Source: an uncultured Actinomycetota bacterium (GTDB lineage Bacteria > Actinomycetota > Actinomycetes > Actinomycetales > Dermatophilaceae). Taken from it: DNA of 64,000 nucleotides. Location: positions 412,167 through 476,166 of the forward strand of contig CAVXOC010000003.1 in the NCBI GenBank assembly GCA_963763315.1. The letters are read 5' to 3'. Both the position numbers and the translations under genes were made by a program. The notes beneath the pieces were generated by a model. It made no database searches. It saw only the letters and a list, made by a program, of their open reading frames with translations, and was not told where the DNA came from. Within the stretch, counting starts at the first letter, position 1. The number at the start of each line of letters is the position of its first letter. Below, in pieces: positions 10,492-19,862 of this stretch.

Positions 10492-10945
10492 TCGCCGCGC
10501 TGCCCAGGGCGCCGGTGTCTCGGCGAGGAGGCTGTGGAGCCGGCTCACGGCCTGCCGCTCCGGTCCCTCGGTGCCCGTCCCGACGAGCCGGCATCTCGCT
10601 GCGCGGCTCAGGAACCTCGACACGACGGTGCACCTCCGGCCCGCCATGTTCGCTGGGGGGCAGGACGATTCGCGTCGCAGCCACTACTCGATCACCGGGG
10701 TCGGTGGGGTGTGCGCGCGGGCACCACCGGTGCGAAGGTGCCCGCGGAGCCTGACGGATGGGTCAGGCGTTCTGCGGGAAGCCGAGGTTGAGACCGCTCG
10801 GGTTCGGCCGTTGACCGAGGGCTCGCGGGTCTCGTTGTCCTTGGCTCCGCCACGTCGGCCAGGTTGGTAGGGAGCCTGGGTGGGCCGCCGAGCCAGGCGA
10901 CGTTCGTCAGGGACATGCTGACTCTCATGATGCCCCGGTCGGCGG

Positions 10946-11440
10946 TCAGGGTTCGTGGCGTGGTCTCTCGTGGTCGGGCAGCCAGCGGATGATGCGGAAG
11001 CCGTGGTCGAGGGCGGCACGCAGCGCGTCGGGCTCGAGGTGTCCGTCCGGGGTCCTGGGGATGGGGACGAACCGGTTGAGGGCGGGGTTGCGGGCGGCCA
11101 TGAAGGCGAAGAGCCGGTCGACATCCTCCGGGTCGGCGACCAGGTCGGGGCAGTAGGTGCGGTCCGTGCCGGCCAGCGTGATCCGGACCGGCTGGTTCTG
11201 GCGCAGGTTCCGGGTCCAGGTGCCGCCGCCCGGTGTCAGCAACGTATCGCTGTCTCGGACGTAGCTGACGGGTTGCCGGTAGTGGGTGCCGGTCTTGCGG
11301 CCGACGTGGTGCACGAGCATGAGGCGGTTCGCCAGCGGGGTGCGGAACGGTAGCCCGAGGACCAGGCGCATCGGGGCGTTGAGGACCCGGAAGATGGCGG
11401 ACTGCCTGGCCCGTCGTGGTGGGCGTTTGGTGGTGGTCAT
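10946..11440 (-). CDS. Nitroreductase-family deazaflavin-dependent oxidoreductase (DUF385-type)
   Basis: C-terminal 164 aa of ORF 10946..12259: RRARQSAIFRVLNAPMRLVLGLPFRTPLANRLMLVHHVGRKTGTHYRQPVSYVRDSD.LLTPGGG.W.RNL. The rest of that long ORF is antisense to the TetR gene. Confidence 0.7.
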   Translation of the reverse strand: MTTTKRPPRRARQSAIFRVLNAPMRLVLGLPFRTPLANRLMLVHHVGRKTGTHYRQPVSYVRDSDTLLTPGGGTWTRNLRQNQPVRITLAGTDRTYCPDLVADPEDVDRLFAFMAARNPALNRFVPIPRTPDGHLEPDALRAALDHGFRIIRWLPDHERPRHEP

Positions 11441-11508
11441 GTCTGGCTCGTTCCTCCTTCTCCGGGTCGTCGTCGGCGTGCGCATCGACGGTGAGCCGGG
11501 CGCATCTT

Positions 11509-11536
11509 GTGTAACTATAGATTTATAGCAACTGTA
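11509..11536. promoter_or_regulatory. AT-rich dyad/direct-repeat motif in the divergent TetR / nitroreductase intergenic region (candidate TetR operator)
   Basis: TGTAACTATAGATTTATAGCAACTGT contains CTATAG..TATAG dyad symmetry. It is the only AT-rich patch between the two divergent genes. Confidence 0.4.
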
Positions 11537-11557
11537 AGTTTCTGGTGTCAATAGAGA

Positions 11558-12322
11558 GTGGGTATCCTGCGGTTCATGGATGGAGACCTCGGGCTTCGCG
11601 AGCGCAAGAAGGCTCGGACCCGCCAGCTGATCGTCGAGACGGCCACCATGTTGTTCGTCGAGAAGGGATTCGACGCCGTCCCCGTCGCCGAGATCGCCCG
11701 GGCCGCGGAGGTGTCGGAGGCCACCGTGTTCAACTACTTCCCGACCAAGGAAGACCTCGTCTACCAGGGCATGGAGGCCTTCGAGGCGGAGCTGCTCGCC
11801 ACCATCCGGGACCGTCCCCCCGGTGAGTCGATCACCGGCGCCTTCGCCCGGTTTGCCCTCCACCCCCGGGGCCTGCTCGCCGCCGAAGACGAGGACTCCG
11901 CCAGGACCCTGGCCGGAACATCGAAGATGATCGCCGCCAGCCCGACCCTGCTCACCCGAGAGCGCGAGATGATCGCCCGCTACACCGCCTCGCTGGCCGC
12001 GCTCATCGCCGAGGACACTGCGGCCGGCCCCGACGACCTCGCCCCCTGGGCCGTCGCCCATGCCCTGATGGGCATCCACCACAGCCTCATCAGCCTGGTG
12101 CGAAGACGGCTTCTGGCCGGCGAGACGGACCACACCCGGCTCGCTCGTGCGGTCAAGACCCACGGACGCACCGCCCTCCGGCTCGTCGACGCCGGGCTCG
12201 CCGACTACGGCGTACGCGGGAGCTCTGGGGCTGGCAGTCCGCCACGGCGCGGTGGCCACCAGCCCGGTCCGGGACGTGGAGCGGCTCGCGGTCGGACCGA
12301 GGCGTCGCCAGAGGGCCCTTGA
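11558..12322 (+). CDS. TetR/AcrR family transcriptional regulator with a chimeric C-terminal tail
   Basis: RERKKARTRQLIVETATMLFVEKGFDAVPVAEIARAAEVSEATVFNYFPTKEDL is the TetR HTH. After about residue 218 the frame reads out-of-frame through an integrase relic until a stop at 12322. The alternative start is ATG 11576. Confidence 0.8.
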   Translation: MGILRFMDGDLGLRERKKARTRQLIVETATMLFVEKGFDAVPVAEIARAAEVSEATVFNYFPTKEDLVYQGMEAFEAELLATIRDRPPGESITGAFARFALHPRGLLAAEDEDSARTLAGTSKMIAASPTLLTREREMIARYTASLAALIAEDTAAGPDDLAPWAVAHALMGIHHSLISLVRRRLLAGETDHTRLARAVKTHGRTALRLVDAGLADYGVRGSSGAGSPPRRGGHQPGPGRGAARGRTEASPEGP

Positions 12323-12846
12323 GGCTGATGAACGTCAGCAGTGGTTCGCCATGCAGCTGGCTGTTCGAGGGTCCTATCTGATCGAGCAGCGCGACGCGGC
12401 GGCCCGGCTCCGGTGCCGCCCAACAGAGTCGCGCTCATCCAGAGAGGAGGCGTCCAATGCACCACCGAGGACGCCGTTGCCCTGTTGGACCTGTACGAGG
12501 TCAAGCCGGGGGACCGGAACAACATCCTCGCTCTCGCGCAGGCGGCTGCTCACCCGCCGGTCGACGACGACCTGGCCTGGGTGACGCCGCACACCTTCGG
12601 CAAGACGACGGTCACGAGCCGCGACGAAGCCGACCAGTCGGCCCGGCAGATCGCCGATCAGCTGGGACATGCCCGACCCGTCCATGACCCAGGATGTTCA
12701 CATGGGTCGCCGGGCGAAGAACCCCTCGGCGGCGTCCGGTTTCGACCACGCGCTGGGAGACGCCGCGGCCAATGTCATGGGGAAAGGCATGGGCGACGCG
12801 GACCGGACCGGTCCGCACGGGTGCTGCCAGACGACTGACCAGGAGG
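12210..12846 (+). pseudogene. Decayed tyrosine integrase: 5' truncation, internal deletion, at least one frameshift
   Basis: Fragments in different frames match the intact integrase at 50606..52021. GALGLAVRHGAVATSPVRDVERL..RALEADERQQWFAM matches GVLGLAARHGAIPANPVRDIERI..RALTDEERQAWFAM. LAWVTPHTFGKTT...DQSARQIADQLGHARP matches LSWVTSHSFRKTT...GQSARQIADQLGHARP. SMTQDVHMGRRAKNPSAA matches SMTQDVYMGRQTRNPKAA. Confidence 0.75.
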
Positions 12847-12889
12847 GATGGTGCGCCATCAGGGACTCGAACCCCGAACCCGCTGATTA
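12847..12889. repeat. Distal att repeat: partial copy of the tRNA-Lys 3' half
   Basis: gatggtgcgccatcagggactcgaaccccgaacccgctgatta is identical over 43 bp to 52020..52062. It corresponds to tRNA-Lys from the anticodon loop to CCA, plus 2 nt. Confidence 0.9.
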
Positions 12890-13059
12890 TGGCAACACGT
12901 CTATTGATGGTACCCGTTGAGACGCAGACACCTCGTTTGACCTGCCGAAACGGTCATCCAGGCGACGTGACGCCTTGCGTCGTTTCCCGGTGGTTCTCGC
13001 CCAAAGTCGGGGGGTAAGTCGGGGGCCTTCTGCGGCCGTGTTTGAGGTCCTGAGTTCTC

Positions 13060-13310
13060 TCGATGGCGGGGGCCACCAGTCGCGCAGTGTGCCGCCGACC
13101 GGCGGCGGTGCCTCACGCGATCGCGGGTGAGCCCAACCCGGATCCGAAGGCCGGTCTGATGACACGGCCGGCCGATCGAGGCGCCATGAGGCGCGGTCAT
13201 GTGCCTCGTCAGGGTCCATCTTCAGACCCAGGTTGTGATCGAGCAGTGGTTGCCGTGGGGATCCCTCTCTGGCTGGGGCGGGGTCCCGGAACTGCGGGAT
13301 CACTCTGAAG
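13060..13310 (-). repeat. Copy 1 of a repeated relic sequence (probable rve/DDE transposase gene remnant)
   Basis: About 150 bp (roughly 13165..13300) aligns at about 80% identity, with no long indels, to roughly 23070..23210 in the same orientation. Flanking similarity is weaker and carries indels. No intact ORF remains. Confidence 0.5.
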
Positions 13311-13693
13311 GAGTGGATGCTGGAGATCCCCGCCCAGTGGGTGGCCCGGCGTTGATGCGATGACGAAGTGGATCGCTGCGCATGAAGGCACCAATCCGGG
13401 CTGGCCAATGTCGATCACGTGAATCCCAGACGCTTTGGGGATGCTGCGGGTCAACCGATGTAGGCGATCGCGTTGTCGTTCTCGCCACCTCGACAGACGA
13501 CGACGTCCAATGGATCACTGTTCGAGCCCTTTGAGTGCTGGACCTGAACGTAACGGTGCGGCCTCGACACAGTGACCCGAAACCCAGTTGGTCACCCGTT
13601 CGGCGGAGGATCACGACGGCCTCCCTGGTGGGGGCGGCGATGCCGCCGCCCTAGCCTGAGAGGCCCACCATGGCCCACGCGCTCCGGTATCCG

Positions 13694-14800
13694 CTATGCC
13701 GGCCCCGCCTCGTTGTCGTGGGCCCAGACGGCCACCGCCAGGGTGAGCAGACCCTCGACCGCGAAGGGGTCGTGTCCGGTGAGGGCACGGACCAGCCCTA
13801 GCCGGTGCCGAACGGTGTTGGGGTGCAGGTACTGAGCCTTGGCCGTGCGACCCACCGACAGGTCGTTGGCGAGGAAGGCACGAAGCGTGTCCAGGTAGGA
13901 CGGCGAGTGTCCCGCACCCGCAGCGAGCAGCGGCTGGATGACGCGCGACCGGAAGGGCTCCAGCCGGTCCGCGGTCAGCTGGGCGAGCAGACCACCGAAC
14001 GTGGCGAGGACCTCCGGCCCGACGATGCCTCCGGTGTTCCGGGCAGCGTCCAGGGCGAGCCGGCTCAGCGAGAGTGAGCAGGGGACCGCATCCAGGGGGG
14101 CGGGGGTGGCGTACCCACAGGGGAGCCCTAGCTCGTCCGCCGCGGACGCCAGGGCGGTCAGGCTCCCGCCTATGGAGAACGTGGCATCGGCCGTCTCAGC
14201 GATGAGCACGTCCGGTAGGAGCCGAGCGACCGCCCGGGCCTGGTCCTCGGGCCAGGCGGCGACAAGCAGCTCGCCTGTGTCCACATGTGCCCGGGCGAGC
14301 AGCGGTCCGAGAGAGAGCGGGCTGGCGAGCCTGTGCAAGACCAGGGCCACCATCTGCCCGGTACGCATCGCGTCCCCCTGTTCGGCGTGGAGCGTGGCGA
14401 CCAGTTCCGCGATCGCGAGGAAGGGCAGCCCGAACGGCGCCAGCAGCAGTGGCAGACCAGCATCCCGGCAGGCTCCGACCAGGGCAGCGGGAACCCGGTC
14501 GTGGACGTCACCGACCCCGAAGCAGATCGCCGACGCGGATGCCGAGACCACGGCCTCCACGAACCGTCGGCAGGTGTCCTCGTCGACCAGGGAGGCGCCG
14601 ACCGTGCACACGAGCTCGGCGGGCCTCAGGTACAAGCGTGGGTCGACGAGCTCGGTGGTCTGCACCCAGCGCACCGGGCGGTCGAGGTCGTCCCCCACGA
14701 GCACGCTGAGGCCGAGCCTCTGCATACCGACGATCTCGGAGAGCCGGCACACCCGGCCGGGGCCTCCGTCATCGGACATCCCGGTCCGCCCGTCTGCCAT
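13694..14800 (-). CDS. PucR/CdaR family transcriptional regulator
   Basis: The C-terminal HTH LSVGRTAKAQYLHPNTVRHRLGLVRALTGHDP is the PucR_C signature. Start placed at ATG 14800 (MADGRTG...); the ORF is open to 14935. Confidence 0.8.
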   Translation of the reverse strand: MADGRTGMSDDGGPGRVCRLSEIVGMQRLGLSVLVGDDLDRPVRWVQTTELVDPRLYLRPAELVCTVGASLVDEDTCRRFVEAVVSASASAICFGVGDVHDRVPAALVGACRDAGLPLLLAPFGLPFLAIAELVATLHAEQGDAMRTGQMVALVLHRLASPLSLGPLLARAHVDTGELLVAAWPEDQARAVARLLPDVLIAETADATFSIGGSLTALASAADELGLPCGYATPAPLDAVPCSLSLSRLALDAARNTGGIVGPEVLATFGGLLAQLTADRLEPFRSRVIQPLLAAGAGHSPSYLDTLRAFLANDLSVGRTAKAQYLHPNTVRHRLGLVRALTGHDPFAVEGLLTLAVAVWAHDNEAGPA

Positions 14801-14952
14801 AGGCCCCGAATCTAGCCTTTCGGGCGCCCTCGCCGTTGGAGTTCTGCACAACGGGATCTCCCGGTGGGGTGCACTCGTCCGTGATTGCCGCCCGGCTCTT
14901 GTCAGATACGTCACCAGGGCCCACCTTTGGTCCAACCCGATGGAGGTAACTC

Positions 14953-16428
14953 ATGAGCCAGTCCACCGCCAACCCCGACCACGTCCTCAAGCGCGAGTTC
15001 AACCTGTGGTCCTCGTTCGCCTTCGCCTTCGCCTTCATCTCGCCGATCGTCGCCCTGTACGGGATCTTCGGCCTCGCCGTCACGACTGCAGGTCCGAGCT
15101 TCTGGTGGGGGTTCCTCCTCGTCTTCGGTGGCCAGCTGCTTGTCGCGCTGGTCTTCGCTGCGCTGGTGTCCCGTTGGCCCATCGAGGGGTCGATCTACCA
15201 GTGGTCCCGTCGCCTCGTCGGCAACGGCTATGGCTGGTTCGCCGGCTGGGCGTACATGTGGACCCTCGTCATCGCCATGGTGGCCGTCGCGCTCGGCGCT
15301 GCCGGGTTCGTCGCGAACATCGTCGGCATCGACAGCCCCAGCAGCATTCAGCGCGCAGGCATCGCATTCGTTATTCTCGCGCTCGGGACTGGTCTGAACC
15401 TCGTCGGCCGGCGTGCCCTGAAGATCTTCATGACCAGCAGCATCATCGCCGAGGTGATCGGATCGCTCGGGCTCGGCACCTGGCTGCTCCTTGCCCACCG
15501 GGTCAACCCGGTCTCGGTCCTCACCGAGGGTGGCGGCGGGGGGGCGAGCGGCTACTTCTCGGTGTCCGGGCCGTTCCTCGCGGCTGTGGCCTTCATCGGC
15601 TGGTCCTTCGTCGGCTTCGAGAGTGCAGGGTCCATCGCTGAGGAGGTGCACGAGCCCCGACGCGACCTGCCGAAGGCGGTCATCTTCTCGCTCAGCTCCA
15701 TCGCGGTCGTCGTCATGTACTCCAGCCTGGCCATCATCCTGGCCATTCCGGACCTCAGGGCCGTCGCTCAGGGCGCGGTCGCCGACCCGGTCTACGAGAC
15801 GCTGACGACGGCCCTCGGTTCGTCGATCGCCAAGCCCGTCGAGGTCCTCTTCCTCATCGGCTTCCTCGCCAGCTTCCTCGCCCTGCAGACCTCGGCCTCA
15901 CGGGTGATCTGGGCCTATGCGCGCGACGAGGCGTTACCTGTGTCGCACCGCCTCGCCCGGTTGAGCACCGGCCAGCGCGTCCCGGTGAACGCGATCCTCG
16001 TCACGACCGTCGTCGGGACACTGCTCTTCCTTCTCAGCCTGGTGGCCGAGAACCTCTACACGGTCATGGTCAACTTCACCACCGGCGGGTTCTACCTGGC
16101 CTTCCTCTTCCCCCTCATGGGCCTGCTCATCGCCAGGGCCCGAGGGACCTGGCGGCCGGGCCCCTTCGCCCTGAAGGGAGCGCTCCCGGTCGTCAGCGTC
16201 CTGGCCGCAGGGTGGGCCCTGCTCGAGTTCCTCAACATCTCCTGGCCGCGCCCGGCCTACCCCGGGCAGCGGTACCTCGACTGGTCGGTGTGGCTGGCCG
16301 TGCTCACCCTCGGGGTGCTCGCCGTGCTGGTCTACGCGTCAGTGCGCGCCAGGATTGTCGACGCTGACGTGATCGAGCACGAAGAGGAGCTCGACGAGCT
16401 GGCGGACGTCGAGGGCGTGCTCCGATGA
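14953..16428 (+). CDS. APC-family amino acid / amine permease
   Basis: 491 aa with about 12 predicted TM segments and an N-terminal LKREFNLWSSFAFAFAFISPIVALYG pattern. A GGAGG RBS precedes the ATG. Confidence 0.85.
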   Translation: MSQSTANPDHVLKREFNLWSSFAFAFAFISPIVALYGIFGLAVTTAGPSFWWGFLLVFGGQLLVALVFAALVSRWPIEGSIYQWSRRLVGNGYGWFAGWAYMWTLVIAMVAVALGAAGFVANIVGIDSPSSIQRAGIAFVILALGTGLNLVGRRALKIFMTSSIIAEVIGSLGLGTWLLLAHRVNPVSVLTEGGGGGASGYFSVSGPFLAAVAFIGWSFVGFESAGSIAEEVHEPRRDLPKAVIFSLSSIAVVVMYSSLAIILAIPDLRAVAQGAVADPVYETLTTALGSSIAKPVEVLFLIGFLASFLALQTSASRVIWAYARDEALPVSHRLARLSTGQRVPVNAILVTTVVGTLLFLLSLVAENLYTVMVNFTTGGFYLAFLFPLMGLLIARARGTWRPGPFALKGALPVVSVLAAGWALLEFLNISWPRPAYPGQRYLDWSVWLAVLTLGVLAVLVYASVRARIVDADVIEHEEELDELADVEGVLR

Positions 16429-17123
16429 GCACGCCGGGGGTCGCCGTGGTGACCGGTGCGGCCAGCGGGATCGGCGCGGCCGTCGTCCGTGAGCTGCGCG
16501 AGTCCGGCTGGCGGGTCGGAGGCATCGACCTCGCCGCCGCGCCGGAGTGCGACGCACATGGGCTGGCCGACATGACCGACCCCGAGGCGGTCGCCACAGT
16601 GGTCACAGACCTCGGGTCACGGCTGGGGCCGATCGGCGCCGCCGTCTCCGTGGCGGGCCACTACGAGATGGTCCCGGTGGCTGACATCACCCATGAACAG
16701 TGGAGCCGGATGTTGCGGGTCCACCTGGGCGGCATGCGCGCGCTGTCCCGAGCCGTGCTTCCGGGGATGCTCGAGCGAGGCGACGGGTCGATCGTCGCCA
16801 TCGCCAGTGAGCTGGCGGTCGGCGGCGGGGACGGCGACGCCCACTACGCCGCAGCCAAGGGCGCCGTCCTGGGCCTGGTCCGCAGCCTCGGAGCCGAGCT
16901 CGCGCCACGCGGGATCCGGGTCAATGCGGTGGCCCCCGGACCCACTGACACGCCCCTGCTGTCGGCGGACTCTCCATGGCGAGAGCCCGAGTACCTCGAC
17001 AGCCTTCCGGTCCGTCGGCTTGTCAGCCCCGCTGAGGTCGCGCGCTGCGTCCGCTTCCTCCTCGAGGAGGGCACCTTCGTGACCGGCGAGGTTCTCAACC
17101 CCAACGCCGGTGCGGTGATCTAG
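16425..17123 (+). CDS. SDR family oxidoreductase
   Basis: VAVVTGAASGIGAA (TGxxxGxG), ..YAAAKGA.. (YxxxK), PGPTDTPL. ATGA overlap with the permease. Confidence 0.85.
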   Translation: MSTPGVAVVTGAASGIGAAVVRELRESGWRVGGIDLAAAPECDAHGLADMTDPEAVATVVTDLGSRLGPIGAAVSVAGHYEMVPVADITHEQWSRMLRVHLGGMRALSRAVLPGMLERGDGSIVAIASELAVGGGDGDAHYAAAKGAVLGLVRSLGAELAPRGIRVNAVAPGPTDTPLLSADSPWREPEYLDSLPVRRLVSPAEVARCVRFLLEEGTFVTGEVLNPNAGAVI

Positions 17124-17888
17124 ATGAGCGGACCCCTGACCGGGAAGGTCGCCCTCGTCTCAGGAGCAGCTCAGGGAATGGGGGCTTCCCACGCGCGGCG
17201 GCTCGCCGCGGACGGCGCCACCGTCGCGGTCAACGACCGCGTCGACTCGCCAGCGCTGAGGGCGGTCGCCGAGGAGATCGGTGGGCTCACCGCGCAGGGC
17301 GACGTCAACGACCCCATGGCGGTTCGACGGCTCGTCTCACGGATCGAGGAGCGAGTCGGACCCGTCGATGTCCTCGTGGCGAACCACGCCTACATGACGA
17401 TGGGAGATCTGCTCGACAGCGACGACGACGACTGGTGGAAGGTCGTCGACACCAACCTCGGGGGGACCTTCCACCTCATCCAGGCCGTGCTCCCGGGCAT
17501 GCGCCGCCAAGGTGCCGGGCGCATCGTCGTGATCAGCAGCGAATGGGGCGTGACCGGCTGGCCCTCGGCCACGGCCTACGCCGCCTCGAAGGCCGGACTC
17601 ATCTCGTTGACCAAGACCCTCGGACGCGAGCTCGCGCCGGAGGGGATCGTCGTCAACGCGGTGGCTCCCGGCGTCATCGACACCCCGCAGCTCCTCGTGG
17701 ACGCCGAGGCGGCCGGGATCGGCCTGGACGAGATCCGGACGCGCTACGCACGGGATGTGCCCGTGGGACGGATCGGCCGGCCCGAGGAGATCGCCGCGGT
17801 GGTCGCCCTGCTCGCCGACTTCCGGCTCGGCTCGATGGTAGGCCAGGTAATCCAGGCCAACGGCGGCTCCACCCGCACCCGGGTGTGA
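17124..17888 (+). CDS. SDR family oxidoreductase (FabG-like)
   Basis: [30 protein letters not shown] motifs. The start codon directly follows the upstream stop. Confidence 0.85.
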   Translation: MSGPLTGKVALVSGAAQGMGASHARRLAADGATVAVNDRVDSPALRAVAEEIGGLTAQGDVNDPMAVRRLVSRIEERVGPVDVLVANHAYMTMGDLLDSDDDDWWKVVDTNLGGTFHLIQAVLPGMRRQGAGRIVVISSEWGVTGWPSATAYAASKAGLISLTKTLGRELAPEGIVVNAVAPGVIDTPQLLVDAEAAGIGLDEIRTRYARDVPVGRIGRPEEIAAVVALLADFRLGSMVGQVIQANGGSTRTRV

Positions 17889-17922
17889 GCCGGATGAACG
17901 ACCCCGACAACGGAGGAACACG

Positions 17923-18894
17923 GTGACCGAGCACCACGTCAGGTACCCCGGCGGACGGGTGGGGCCGGTGGACGGCATGCGCTCTCCGCGGTATGCCGGC
18001 ATGGCGACCTTCGCACGCCTGCCCCGCCTCGATGATGTCGGCGATTTCGACATCGCGGTCGTCGGGGTGCCGTTCGACAGCGGGGTCACATACCGGCCCG
18101 GTGCCCGCTTCGGACCCGCACACATCCGCACGGCCTCCCGGCTCCTTCGGCCGTACAACCCGGCGCAGGATCTGGCCCCCTTCGAGGTGGCGCAGGTCGT
18201 CGATGCGGGAGACATCGTCTGCAACCCGTTCGACATCGACGAGTCCCTCGCCGCGATCCAGGCCGGTGCCGCAGACCTGGTCGGCCCGGGCCGGCCGATC
18301 GTGAGCCTCGGCGGCGATCACACCATCGCGCTGCCGCTGCTCCGGGTCCTCAGCGCCGTCCACGGCCCGGTCGCCCTGGTCCACTTCGACGCCCACCTCG
18401 ACACCTGGGACACCTATTTCGGTGCCCCCTACACCCACGGCACGCCGTTCCGCCGCGCCTCGGAGGAGGGCCTCGTCGTCAAGGGCCGCTCCGCCCACGT
18501 CGGCATCCGCGGCTCCCTCTACGACCGCACGGACCTTCTCGACGACGCCGAGCTGGGGTTCACGGCCATCCACTCCCGTGATGTGGACCGCATCGGCGTC
18601 GACGGCGTCATTGAGCGGATCGTCGAGCGCGTCGGCGACCACCCGGTCTACGTGTCGATCGACATCGACGTGCTCGACCCCGCGTTCGCCCCGGGCACCG
18701 GCACGCCCGAGGCCGGTGGGCTGACCAGCCGTGAGCTGCTGGCGATGCTTCGCGGGATGTCCGGGCTGCCGATCGTCGGTGCAGACATCGTCGAGGTCGC
18801 ACCGGCCTATGACCACGCCGAGATCACCGCGGTGGCGGCGGCCCACGTCGCCTACGAGCTGGTGACGTCGATGGCTGCGGCGCGGGCGCGGTGA
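17923..18894 (+). CDS. Agmatinase / guanidino-acid ureohydrolase (arginase superfamily)
   Basis: [18 protein letters not shown]..., [40 protein letters not shown] are the Mn-binding motifs of the ureohydrolase family. Confidence 0.85.
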   Translation: MTEHHVRYPGGRVGPVDGMRSPRYAGMATFARLPRLDDVGDFDIAVVGVPFDSGVTYRPGARFGPAHIRTASRLLRPYNPAQDLAPFEVAQVVDAGDIVCNPFDIDESLAAIQAGAADLVGPGRPIVSLGGDHTIALPLLRVLSAVHGPVALVHFDAHLDTWDTYFGAPYTHGTPFRRASEEGLVVKGRSAHVGIRGSLYDRTDLLDDAELGFTAIHSRDVDRIGVDGVIERIVERVGDHPVYVSIDIDVLDPAFAPGTGTPEAGGLTSRELLAMLRGMSGLPIVGADIVEVAPAYDHAEITAVAAAHVAYELVTSMAAARAR

Positions 18895-18898
18895 CCAG

Positions 18899-19771
18899 GT
18901 GAGCGTCCTCGACCTGGCCGGCATCCCGTGGCCCCACGACCGTCACGCAGCAGCAGCCTTCACCTTCGATGTCGACGCGGAGTCCGCTGTGCTGTGGGGC
19001 TCCCCCGCCGCCGCTACCCGGATGAGCGTCATGAGCCACCAGGCGTACGGTCCGCTGGTCGGCGTCCCGCGGATCCTCGCGTTGCTGCGCCACCACGGCA
19101 TCCTCGCCACCTTCTTCGTTCCGGGCTTCACCGCCCACCGCTACCCCGACGTCGTACGCCGCATCGTCGACGAAGGGCACGAGGTGGCCCACCACGGCCA
19201 CCTTCACGAACCCCCGGCATCGATGACCCTCGAAGACCAGGTCACTGCCCTCGACCGCGGGCTCGAGGCCTTGGAGGCCGTGACCGGCGCCAGACCGGCG
19301 GGCTACCGCGCCCCCATGTGGGACCTGTCCTGGCACACCCCCCGGCTGCTCCTGGAGCGCGGGTTCCTCTATGACTCCTCACTCATGGATGCGGACGCGC
19401 CCTACGAGCTCGCGGTTGCCAACCGCTCGATCGTCGAGATCCCCATCCAGTGGGCACTGGACGACTGGGAGCAGTACTGCTACCTCCCCGACCTCACCGG
19501 ATCCGGGACCATCGAGACCCCCGCGAAGGCCCGGGAGCTGTGGCAGTCCGAGTTCGACGCCCTGCGGGCCTGCGGCGGCTGCTGGGTCCTGACCAACCAC
19601 CCCTTCCTCAGCGGCCGGCCATCCCGGGCCGCCGAGCTCGACGCGCTGATGACGCATGTCACCTCCCACCCGGACGTCTGGGTCGCCCCCCTGGGGGACA
19701 TCGCGCGGCACGTCCGCGGGCTCGGCCTGCCTCCCAGGACCATCACCCAGATCGACCCCGACCACACCTGA
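18899..19771 (+). CDS. Polysaccharide deacetylase family protein (PuuE/NodB-like amidohydrolase)
   Basis: FTFDVDAES...ATFFVPG...HEVAHHGHLHE is a NodB-homology motif pattern. Confidence 0.75.
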   Translation: MSVLDLAGIPWPHDRHAAAAFTFDVDAESAVLWGSPAAATRMSVMSHQAYGPLVGVPRILALLRHHGILATFFVPGFTAHRYPDVVRRIVDEGHEVAHHGHLHEPPASMTLEDQVTALDRGLEALEAVTGARPAGYRAPMWDLSWHTPRLLLERGFLYDSSLMDADAPYELAVANRSIVEIPIQWALDDWEQYCYLPDLTGSGTIETPAKARELWQSEFDALRACGGCWVLTNHPFLSGRPSRAAELDALMTHVTSHPDVWVAPLGDIARHVRGLGLPPRTITQIDPDHT

Positions 19772-19862
19772 CCTCAGCTACGGCATACCCCAGCCCGGAC
19801 GGCCGGGCTCAGGCTCCAAAGCAGACCGACCACCGTCATCGAAGAACCGGAAGGACCCTCCC

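Noticed and set aside
10684-11124. 146-aa minus-strand ORF overlapping the nitroreductase gene and the mmsA-like relic.
   Set aside because: It is out of frame with the recognisable DUF385 protein and is Ser/Pro/Thr-rich low complexity. It is probably an artefact.
14801-14952. Words reminiscent of guanidine riboswitches (GGACGAG and GACAAGAG on the minus strand) in the pucR / permease intergenic region. This was tempting because the operon encodes a guanidino-group ureohydrolase.
   Set aside because: The order and spacing of the words are wrong for the ykkC-III pseudoknot. I could not draw the conserved stems of guanidine-I, -II or -III motifs. Only a covariance-model scan could revive this.
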